Shown here: positions 55,737-64,000 of the stretch, in pieces
How positions within the stretch are numbered: position 1 is the first letter of the stretch
Layout: each line of letters opens with the position of its first letter
Assembly (NCBI GenBank): GCA_963805085.1
Contig: CAWDTA010000002.1
Span: forward strand, 1,600,001-1,664,000
DNA length: 64,000 nt
DNA from: an uncultured Veillonellaceae bacterium
GTDB taxonomy: Bacteria; Bacillota; Negativicutes; JARBTT01
Direction of reading: 5' to 3'
Notes under the pieces: model-generated
What the model was told of the DNA's origin: nothing
Databases searched by the model: none
Seen by the model: the letters and a program-made list of their open reading frames with translations, nothing else
Position numbers and translations under genes: made by a program

Positions 55737-55994
55737 GAGATGGGGTATGAACTGGGAAAGTAATACTGGAGGCAAGTCGTCATGACGGAAGCGTTGTAGG
55801 TGATTATTCATTACGATTTTGCTACTATGCAAAACAATCAAATGGAAGCATTTGTTAATTTCGGAAATATTAAATCACAAAAAATATTGGAGGAAAACGG
55901 CTTCAAGCTAGATGGTTTACTTAGAGAGTATGATTTTAATCGTGGTAAATTTGTGGATCAATATTGCTATTCTTTATTAAAATCTGAGTATTAG
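55737..55994 (+). pseudogene. RimJ/RimL-type GNAT acetyltransferase remnant
   Basis: EMGYELGK*YWRQVVMTEAL*VII...NIKSQKILEENGFKLDGLLR, with two in-frame stops. Confidence 0.75.
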
Positions 55995-56297
55995 GTTTAA
56001 TTATCAGAGAACAGGATAATAGGAAAATTCAGATAATAGTAGAAATTTTTTATTTTCAATGTAGTCCATTGAATGTAACTTGGATTGAGTAGGTATAGCA
56101 ATATAAAAGTCCGCGAAAATCGTGGACTTTTTTCTTTATATTCATTTAATTATATTTCTGAAGATTCAACCTATTGTAAAGAAGAAAATGAGAATATCTT
56201 ACCCATTATCCCCATAGTTTATATTGCAGGTGCTTATCCTGCATAGCAATTGGCACCGTATTATTAACAACATATTCGGGTAAGTAAAGGGGGGATC

Positions 56298-56573
56298 ATG
56301 GTAGAAGACATAGAAAGAATTCTTACAATCAAAGTAATATTCATTTTTTTCTTGGGTATAGTTATAAGCTATGTGACGGCTTGGTTGATTGGTAGTCAGC
56401 GCAAAGGAAAATGGTTTAAGCAACGCCGACAGACAAGCTTTTTTACCCGACGAGGAGTATTGGGGGAAGGTTGTCATTTTGGGTATCCTTGTACTTGGCA
56501 GGGGATGGTCGTGATGATACTGATGTACGGTATGATTTTCTTGACTGGCTACGAAATTATTTTTCCTCTATGA
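56298..56573 (+). CDS. Small 2-TM hypothetical protein
   Basis: GGGGGA RBS; two hydrophobic segments. Confidence 0.55.
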   Translation: MVEDIERILTIKVIFIFFLGIVISYVTAWLIGSQRKGKWFKQRRQTSFFTRRGVLGEGCHFGYPCTWQGMVVMILMYGMIFLTGYEIIFPL

Positions 56574-56656
56574 AAAGGATAATTCAAAAATTACTGGGGT
56601 TAAGTATACAGGGGTTAGTTCTCGATGTTTTTAATGGATAGAGAGGATGAGAGAAA

Positions 56657-57943
56657 ATGTCACTTGCAATTATAACCTTACTTGTGTTGGCCGTTGTCTC
56701 GTTATTTTTTGTAACAGAAGCCATACCACTAGCGGTAGCAGCCATGGGTGGAGCTATTGCTTTGGGGGTAATGGGTGTCATTCCCATGAATATGGTGTTT
56801 TCTGGTTTATCCAATTCTACCGTGGTTCTGTTTGCGGGAATGTTTGTTATTGGTGCATCTATGTTCCATACTGGGCTGGCTCAGAAGATGGGAGAATATG
56901 TTGTTAGAAAAGTCGGTACTAGTGAAAATGGTCTAATGTTTGGCACTATGTTTATTGCGGCGGCAATTTCATCGGTTTCTTCTAACACAGGTACGACTGC
57001 CGCGCTGATGCCGGTTATTCTTGGTATCTGTGTCGTAGCGAAGATACCTGCTTCACGTCAGATGATGCCACTTGCTTTTGCTGCTGGTTTAGGAGGCATG
57101 ATTACTCTTGTTGGTACGCCGCCTAATATTATTGCTGCCGGGGCATTGAAAGCAGCTGGTTACGAGCCTTTTGGTTTTTTCGAATTCGCTTGGATTGGTA
57201 TTCCTCTTACTGTAGTTGGTATCTTATATATGATGTTTATTGGTAAACATCTGTTGCCGAAAGCTCAGCTATCTATCAATATTGTGATCGATGAAGAAGC
57301 AAGACAAGAAGCAATCGCCACTACACATGATACTAGAAAGCAATGGATTACTGCTGCGACTTTGATTGGTGTTGTTATTGTCATGGCTCTTGATCTTAAA
57401 CAATTTCCGTTAGAAATCGCCGCCGTCATTGGCGCAATCATCTGCGTACTTGCCAAGTGTCTGACAGAAAAGGAAGCCTATTCCGGTATTGATTGGGTTA
57501 CGATCTTCCTATTTGCTGGAATGATGCCGATCGCAACTGCCATGGAACAGAGTGGCGCAGGTAAATTGATTGCTGATGTGGTAATTAGTGTCTTAGGTGA
57601 TCAACCTAGCCAAATGTTTGTGACTGCCATTTTATTTGCGCTCTCCGGTGGTCTGACTCAATTTATGTCTAATACTGCTAGTACAGCATTATTGGCACCT
57701 ATCGGTATTTCCATTGCCAAGGGGATTGGTGCTAGTCCGCAAGCGGTACTCATAGCAATCGCCATTGCCGCTTCCTGTGCCTTTGCCACACCCGTTGGAA
57801 CACCGCCTAATACGCTAGTGCTTGGGCCTGGGCAATATAAGTTTATGGACTATGTAAAGGCTGGTACTGGTCTAGTTTTTATATGTTTTATTGTATCAAT
57901 TATTATCATCCCAATGGTTTGGCCCTTCTTTCCCTCTAAATAA
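56657..57943 (+). CDS. SLC13/DASS di-/tricarboxylate transporter
   Basis: SSNTGTT, GTPPN, FMSNTA, FATPVGTPPN. Confidence 0.9.
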   Translation: MSLAIITLLVLAVVSLFFVTEAIPLAVAAMGGAIALGVMGVIPMNMVFSGLSNSTVVLFAGMFVIGASMFHTGLAQKMGEYVVRKVGTSENGLMFGTMFIAAAISSVSSNTGTTAALMPVILGICVVAKIPASRQMMPLAFAAGLGGMITLVGTPPNIIAAGALKAAGYEPFGFFEFAWIGIPLTVVGILYMMFIGKHLLPKAQLSINIVIDEEARQEAIATTHDTRKQWITAATLIGVVIVMALDLKQFPLEIAAVIGAIICVLAKCLTEKEAYSGIDWVTIFLFAGMMPIATAMEQSGAGKLIADVVISVLGDQPSQMFVTAILFALSGGLTQFMSNTASTALLAPIGISIAKGIGASPQAVLIAIAIAASCAFATPVGTPPNTLVLGPGQYKFMDYVKAGTGLVFICFIVSIIIIPMVWPFFPSK

Positions 57944-58070
57944 GGAATGATAAAGGCTGGCTGTAGAACGGCCAGCCTTTTCAAAGATAAGTATTCAAAT
58001 GTCTTAGGCCGACTCATTGGGATGATTATTATTGTTGCAGAAAATTTGTATGGGAAAGGAGGGGCTACAG

Positions 58071-58196
58071 ATGGATATTTATACTTATTTTTTCTTTTCC
58101 TATGGCCTCACAGCAATTATTGCATTTTCTACAGTTGGAATCATACTGTTGGTCGATAAACTTTTGCATAGGTTTCAAGGCTCGGTTGGTAAATAA
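58071..58196 (+). CDS. 41-aa single-TM protein, possible decarboxylase pump small subunit (not in ORF track)
   Basis: AAGGAGG RBS; MDIYTYFFFSYGLTAIIAFSTVGIILLVDKLLHRFQGSVGK. Confidence 0.6.
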   Translation: MDIYTYFFFSYGLTAIIAFSTVGIILLVDKLLHRFQGSVGK

Positions 58197-58224
58197 TTTA
58201 TAGCAAAAATAGGAGTGAAATAGT

Positions 58225-59430
58225 ATGGTTGAAGTGTTATACAATCTGTTTCCTGGAATTTTTACATTTTTTGTACAAGATTCTGGGATTGTAGTAGCTA
58301 GAATGTTTCTAATCACCTTTGGTTTTGTTCTTGCTTATCTTGGGTTTAAGCGTACCCTTGAACCATTGATTATGGTTCCCATGGGAATAGGTATGATTGC
58401 TATTAATTCCGGAGTGCTATTTATGCAAGGTGGAGGGATTGGGAACATCTTTCTTGATCCATTGATAGCAGATCCTGCCACGCTCGTGAATATCATGCAG
58501 GTTAATTTTCTACAGCCCATTTACAATCTTACCTTTAGCAATGGACTCATCGCTTGTTTAGTCTTTTTGGGAATTGGAGCGATGAGTGACATCGGTTTTG
58601 TTTTGGCGCGACCTTGGGCTAGCATGACGGTTGCGGTATTTGCAGAATTGGGTTCATTCGCTACTCTTGTTATTGGATATAAAATGGGCTTGCCCATTGG
58701 AGATGCGGCGGCAGTCGGTATCATTGGGGGCGCAGATGGTCCCATGGTGCTATTCACCTCACTTATGCTGGCGCCAAAATTGTTTGTCCCTATTTCGATT
58801 ATCGCTTATCTGTATCTAAGTCTAACCTATGCCGGATACCCTTACCTAATTAAACTATTGGTGCCGGAAAAATATCGTGGTTTAGCGGTTCAACTAAAGC
58901 AGGTCGATATTCCGAAAAAGCAAAGATTCCTTTTTACCGTCATCATGTGTTTTGTATTATGCCTCTTATTACCAGTAGCCGCTCCGCTTATCATGTGTTT
59001 CTTTCTTGGAGTCGCTATTAGAGAGGCTGAAATCGAACCGTTTCAACAATTTCTTGATAGTACGGTTCTCTATGCTTCCACGTTTTTTTTGGGATTACTA
59101 CTAGGAGTTCTTTGTGATGCACAAACCATCATGAATCCAGAAGTGGGGATTCTGGTAATCCTCGGTTGTCTAGCGTTATTGCTTTCAGGCATTGGTGGTT
59201 TGTTCGGTGGGTGGCTTGTATACTGGTTTAGTAGCAATTTTAATCCAGTTATTGGCATTGCCGGTGTATCTTGCGTGCCTTCGACGGCAAAATTAGCGCA
59301 GTACGCTGCCAAAGAGGCCAATCCAGTGGCCATGATTTTGCCCTTGGCACTAGGGGCAAACATTAGTGGAGTTATAGTAACTGCCATCGCAACCGGAGTT
59401 TTCATTTCTACGGTCAACCTTGTTAAGTAG
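58225..59430 (+). CDS. Na+-translocating carboxybiotin decarboxylase beta subunit (MadB-like)
   Basis: LEPLIMVPMG, IFAELG-like, IGGADGPMVLF, AYLYLSL, AGVSCVP, GANISGVI. Confidence 0.85.
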   Translation: MVEVLYNLFPGIFTFFVQDSGIVVARMFLITFGFVLAYLGFKRTLEPLIMVPMGIGMIAINSGVLFMQGGGIGNIFLDPLIADPATLVNIMQVNFLQPIYNLTFSNGLIACLVFLGIGAMSDIGFVLARPWASMTVAVFAELGSFATLVIGYKMGLPIGDAAAVGIIGGADGPMVLFTSLMLAPKLFVPISIIAYLYLSLTYAGYPYLIKLLVPEKYRGLAVQLKQVDIPKKQRFLFTVIMCFVLCLLLPVAAPLIMCFFLGVAIREAEIEPFQQFLDSTVLYASTFFLGLLLGVLCDAQTIMNPEVGILVILGCLALLLSGIGGLFGGWLVYWFSSNFNPVIGIAGVSCVPSTAKLAQYAAKEANPVAMILPLALGANISGVIVTAIATGVFISTVNLVK

Positions 59431-59626
59431 TAAGAGCCGAGGTTCTATTTAGTTGAAAAAGGCCTTGCAGAGTGCAAAGCCTTTTTCACTGTGTAACTAT
59501 TGTTTACTATTCCTATGTACCATTAATAAAATATTCATATTATCTATATTTTGGACTTGAATTTATGTTAAAATACGGAGGAGACCAAAAAGTAAACTAA
59601 TATTAAGTTATAAATAATTGGGGGAA

Positions 59627-60049
59627 ATGAAATTGCAGGAGCTAATAAACGTTAGAGTTCATGATTATTATTGGAACGATGATTTTAGTTGTGCAATAAC
59701 AACGTTAAAAGTTCTTTCTGAACTGTATTATCCTGAACTACACCCTCAGATAATAGAAGCTGCCTTTGGATTAAATGCGGGTAGATGTGGCTTACAATGT
59801 GGATTAGTAGAGGGAACATTACTTTTTATTGGGGTATATGCAAGCCAAAACAATAGGACGAAAGAAGAAATCACGAATTTATGCCATAAGTTTTGTAGTG
59901 AATTTCAGATAACCTTTGGCAGTTTATTATGTAATGAATTAAGAACGCAAGGTTTTTCCCCGAATAATCCGCCGCATCTTTGTGAAAATCTAACCAAAAA
60001 AGCAGTAACGTTTTCAGCGGATTTTATTTCAAAAAATGTTAAAGGATAA
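59627..60049 (+). CDS. C-GCAxxG-C-C family redox protein
   Basis: SCA, QCGLVEG, FGSLLC, C-terminal C. Confidence 0.75.
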   Translation: MKLQELINVRVHDYYWNDDFSCAITTLKVLSELYYPELHPQIIEAAFGLNAGRCGLQCGLVEGTLLFIGVYASQNNRTKEEITNLCHKFCSEFQITFGSLLCNELRTQGFSPNNPPHLCENLTKKAVTFSADFISKNVKG

Positions 60050-60258
60050 TATACTTGCTTAAAAATCTATTCTGTCATCTAATGATATTTGCAGGGTGAA
60101 TCTTAGTAAAGAATTGGGGCAGTTCCTATGGGAAACCTTAAATATGCTTATCCTATAGTATAGATCGTTTACGAGAGGAATTGAAATGAGGACGTAGCTT
60201 ATGACACAGAAATAAAATGGTGTCGTAAACCCGTCCTCTTGTTTTTGCTTTACATCAT

Positions 60259-60843
60259 TTAAATCAATTGATAAAACAGTCCGTGGTCTGAGCAATGAAA
60301 ATATAGTTTTCCGTGCCCAAACTTATGAAAGCGAAACTGCATATTCCATTCGGGATATTGCTTTACGATAAAAACTCGATCGCCTGTGACATAGGCAACA
60401 AAAGAAATATAATGTTCTTTTTTCATCTCATGGGAAGACGAAATATATAGTTCATCTTCGACAGGATCTATATTTAATAGATGGTTTTCATTTGCTTTTG
60501 CTGCATCTAATGCTTCTGATTTTTTGCCACAACATGAAATATTGGCATCACCTGTTGCGGTCATGAGATTATTGCACTGCGGGCAGACATAAAATTTAAG
60601 CTTTTTCATATTTCCTCCAATCGTTTCATTTAGCTGAATTTTGCCTAATAAAATTTCTTCAATATTGACTCCAAGTATTTGTGATAGCTCTGGAAGTAAC
60701 GATACGTCTGGACAACCAAGACCGCGTTCCCATTTACTGATTGTTTTGTCACTGATGTTCATTATATCGGCTAGTTGTTTTTGCGTCATCGCTTTTTCTT
60801 TTCGCAGATTGTATATCAATTTACCGATTTTGTCGCAATTCAT
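60259..60843 (-). CDS. XRE HTH fused to a desulfoferrodoxin-like domain
   Basis: TQKQLAD..ISDKTISKWERG; CPQC...CC; H..HEMKKEHYI..CSDHG. Confidence 0.85.
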   Translation of the reverse strand: MNCDKIGKLIYNLRKEKAMTQKQLADIMNISDKTISKWERGLGCPDVSLLPELSQILGVNIEEILLGKIQLNETIGGNMKKLKFYVCPQCNNLMTATGDANISCCGKKSEALDAAKANENHLLNIDPVEDELYISSSHEMKKEHYISFVAYVTGDRVFIVKQYPEWNMQFRFHKFGHGKLYFHCSDHGLFYQLI

Positions 60844-61093
60844 TCGTATCACCTCACAAATTAAGTTTAGAGTATATTTAAAAGACTATCAATAAACGAT
60901 CCGTAGAGTATTGCAGAATTAAAGAATAAATTTTCATAAGTATGGCAATATGTATTTAGATAGTATAAGCAAAGTTCACGATTATACACAATGAGAAGAA
61001 GCGTAATATTGATAATAATAAATGAAAAGAACGCCTGCCAAATTGTTTTGAATTTGACAGGCGTTTTGATGTTAATTTGATGTTAAAGAGAAC

Positions 61094-62449
61094 TTATATG
61101 TTTTTTAACAAAGAAGCGGCAATACCAACGTATTGTGAAGGCGCTAGAGCCAATAGACGTTTTTTGTCTGCTTCTGGCAATTCGATACTTTCAATAAAGG
61201 TTTTAATGTCTTCTTCGGCGATGCCTTTACCACGAGTAATGGCTTTTAGTTTATCATAGGAATTGGCATGCCCATGTTTACGCATTACTGTTTGCACTGC
61301 TTCGGCAAGAACTTCCCAAGCGTGGTCAAGATCGGCAGCAAGAGCTTCTCTATTGACTAATGTTTTTCTAAGACCTTTTAAAGTGTAAGTAATCGCAATG
61401 AAAGAATGAGCGATGCCTGTGCCAATATTGCGTTGTGCGGAAGAGTCGCTAAGGTCACGTTGCAGACGGGAGATAGGCAATTTGTTAGCCAAATGGTCAA
61501 GTACTGCATTGCTTAAACCTAGGTTCGCTTCCGAGTTTTCGAAGTCGATAGGATTTACTTTATGCGGCATAGTAGAGGAGCCTACTTCGCCAGCAATTGT
61601 TTTTTGTTTGAAGTAGCCAAGGGAAATATAAAGCCACATATCGCGGTCAAAATCAAGAATAATATTGTTAAAACGCGCAAGCGTGTGGAATGTTTCAGCC
61701 ACATAGTCATGCGATTCAATTTGAGTAGTTAGTGGGTTGTAGGTCAAGCCTAAACCTTCGACGAAGGAGCGAGAAACAGCTTCCCAATCTAATTCTGGAT
61801 AAGCAATGCTGTGCGCATTGAAGTTACCAACGGCGCCGTTGAATTTGCCTAGATATTCTTGGGCACGAAGTTGCTTTAGCTGACGTTTCCAGCGGTAAAC
61901 AAACACCGCTAACTCCTTGCCTACTGTTGTAGGTGAAGCGGATTGTCCATGGGTATGAGCTAGCATTGGGATATCTTTTTCTTCTTTTGCCATAGTCGTA
62001 ACGGTTTGCACTAGAGTTTCCATTGCAGGAAGCCAAATATCTTCGATGCCGTGCTTAAGCATTAGTGCATAGGAAAGATTGTTAATATCTTCTGACGTAC
62101 AAGAGAAATGGATAAATTCGAGCACATCAGCGAGTGACATGCTGCCTAATGTATTGCGGAGAAAATATTCGATTGCTTTTACATCATGATTGGTAGTGCG
62201 TTCAATTTCTTTAATTTGCAAAGCAGCAGTTTCATCAAAGTTATTCACAATGTCGCGTAAAAACGTAGTTTCTTCAAGAGTGAATTGACGAATTTCAGTA
62301 AAAGCAGGATTGCTTGCCATTGCAATAAGCCATTCCACTTCTACATGAATACGATATTTTATTAAAGCCCATTCTGAAAAATAGTCGCCGAGTGGCGCAG
62401 TAATGTTTCCGTATCGCCCTTCTAATGGTGTAAGTGATTTAATACTCAT
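61094..62449 (-). CDS. purB: Adenylosuccinate lyase
   Basis: TNHDVKAIEY, CTSEDINN, GSSTMPHKVNPIDFENSE, SRLQRDL. Confidence 0.97.
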   Translation of the reverse strand: MSIKSLTPLEGRYGNITAPLGDYFSEWALIKYRIHVEVEWLIAMASNPAFTEIRQFTLEETTFLRDIVNNFDETAALQIKEIERTTNHDVKAIEYFLRNTLGSMSLADVLEFIHFSCTSEDINNLSYALMLKHGIEDIWLPAMETLVQTVTTMAKEEKDIPMLAHTHGQSASPTTVGKELAVFVYRWKRQLKQLRAQEYLGKFNGAVGNFNAHSIAYPELDWEAVSRSFVEGLGLTYNPLTTQIESHDYVAETFHTLARFNNIILDFDRDMWLYISLGYFKQKTIAGEVGSSTMPHKVNPIDFENSEANLGLSNAVLDHLANKLPISRLQRDLSDSSAQRNIGTGIAHSFIAITYTLKGLRKTLVNREALAADLDHAWEVLAEAVQTVMRKHGHANSYDKLKAITRGKGIAEEDIKTFIESIELPEADKKRLLALAPSQYVGIAASLLKNI

Positions 62450-62755
62450 TTTTATACCTCATCATTCTTTCAAAATTAACAGCATCTATGAATTTGCCAT
62501 CAAAAATCTATGCCTACTATTATACTACATTACAGTCTTACAATGCCACGCTCCAAAGTAAATTCATATCTAAAAGTATACAAAAGCGGTCAAAAAACAA
62601 AAAAATTCTTTTGTATCTTCGAAATTATTACTCATTTTCTTAGCAGCTATATACGATAAGGATAACCATATTATTGGTAGGAATAAATAAAAAAACGCCT
62701 GCCAAATTGTTGTAATTTATTAGGCGCTTTGATAGTTATCCCAAATGTTGTTTGC

Positions 62756-63229
62756 TTAATTGGCAGACATAGCACTATTTGTTTTTTTAGACTTATTCGG
62801 TGTATGTAAAATCCAGTAGACAATGCCAAGTACCAATAGACTGATTAAGTAAATGCTAGCATCTGCAAGCGGAACGCCTTCCGTGCTGATTACCAGTAGC
62901 TTGCGGACAAAAGCTGCGATGGCAACTTCAATGAAGATTGAAACTTGTATCCGTTCACCCATAAGAGAGCGAACCTCTGAATGCAACAGTTCTGATAAAG
63001 TCCATAAAACCAAAAGAGAACCTAGGGCTTGGATGGTACCTGTAGATATATTGCCGTTAAGAAAAATTTGATAGATATCTGTAGCAAAAATAACTAGAGT
63101 AAGTACGACAGTAATCATGAGCGCTATACTAAATAGAACATGAAGTGCCCGAATAAAATGGTTAATATATCTGGCAATGGTATTTTCAAAAGCATTGCTT
63201 TGCTCTAGTTGGTTATTATTAAAATCCAT
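62756..63229 (-). CDS. PsiE-family membrane protein
   Basis: 4 TM; ELL, FIEVAIAAFVRKLL. Confidence 0.7.
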   Translation of the reverse strand: MDFNNNQLEQSNAFENTIARYINHFIRALHVLFSIALMITVVLTLVIFATDIYQIFLNGNISTGTIQALGSLLVLWTLSELLHSEVRSLMGERIQVSIFIEVAIAAFVRKLLVISTEGVPLADASIYLISLLVLGIVYWILHTPNKSKKTNSAMSAN

Positions 63230-63494
63230 ATTTCCTCCTAAAATAATAATTATTATATAATTGAATAAATTGCTTAATGTTTATTATAACTAATATTACT
63301 ACATTTTTCTAGCCCTTAATAATTTTAATATTTATTGCTGATTAGAGGGGCCCCGTTTATAAGTGTTCCATGTTGATGGCTGATTATAGTAATATTTTCC
63401 TGAATATTATATAATAGTTGTAAATTTTATATATTTATATATTTGTATATCTGTATATTAATAAAAATACTCTAGTTAGTTGGTGTATTAAATC

Positions 63495-64000
63495 ATGAAA
63501 ATATATTTTCGAAAAATAATTACGATTTTTTTATTACTATTTGTTTTTAGCTTACACATAGCGTTTGCTGGAGAAAAGCAAGGAGCTGAGGGCCATTACT
63601 CCATAACGAATTTTGAAACTTTTGAGGACGTAAATGGTGCGTACGATTTTGCTACGATAAGTTCTCCCTCATTTTCAGAGCAGTTTCGACTGAATAAGCA
63701 AGATGCAATTTCGCTAGGTATTTCAAAATCGGTTTATTGGATACGGTTTGTACTACCAACGAATGATAATGGTCAAATAGATGCAAAGCAATTGCTTGAG
63801 CTAAGCAATCCGAGTATTAGCAAGATCGATCTTTATCTGCCTGTTGTAAATGGTAGCGATATGGATAATCTTCAGTATCTGGAAAAGCATGTAGGAGCAG
63901 AGCGGCCTTCAACGAATCGAGATATTTGGGATACTAGCTGGGTATTTGATATACCTCAGCAATATGCACAAGGACAGTACATCTATTTGAAACTTGAAAG
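63495..64000 (+). CDS. 7TMR-DISM extracellular-domain sensor, 3'-truncated by window edge
   Basis: Open frame MKIYFRK...FEDVNG...SLGISKSVYWIRF...LELSNPSISKIDLY...YIYLKLE. Confidence 0.7.
   Translation, partial: MKIYFRKIITIFLLLFVFSLHIAFAGEKQGAEGHYSITNFETFEDVNGAYDFATISSPSFSEQFRLNKQDAISLGISKSVYWIRFVLPTNDNGQIDAKQLLELSNPSISKIDLYLPVVNGSDMDNLQYLEKHVGAERPSTNRDIWDTSWVFDIPQQYAQGQYIYLKLE

Noticed and set aside
62450-62690. Purine/ZTP riboswitch upstream of purB
   Set aside because: No consensus motifs seen; short leader only.

Overview
A 64-kb low-GC chromosomal window, probably from a spore-forming diderm Firmicute (Negativicutes, Sporomusaceae/Selenomonadales-like). This is inferred from an SLH-domain outer-membrane porin, a gerK operon, a BclB-like spore protein and a PTP-like phytase. 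The window is a mosaic of accessory modules. (1) The 3' part of a lasso-peptide cluster (cyclase, 2 ABC exporters, RRE B1, peptidase B2); no precursor is visible in the window. (2) A T-box-controlled type-2 IleRS. (3) Small regulator/redox modules. (4) An amino-acid permease with a structured 5' leader. (5) A beta-glucoside PTS locus extended with a porin and three secreted enzymes, plus relics of a second copy. (6) gerK, a diguanylate cyclase, tRNA enzymes, a sigma54 dehydrogenase/aldolase/CitMHS operon, an orphan MadB-type decarboxylase subunit and purB. The most striking signals are regulatory RNAs. One is a candidate unknown translational riboswitch at 21.65-21.83 kb. The others are two BglG-type RAT elements that overlap Shine-Dalgarno-sequestering hairpins instead of terminators, one of them coupled to a 17-codon leader ORF and a terminator. 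No rRNA, tRNA or CRISPR array was seen. All calls are from motif recognition by eye; no searches were run.
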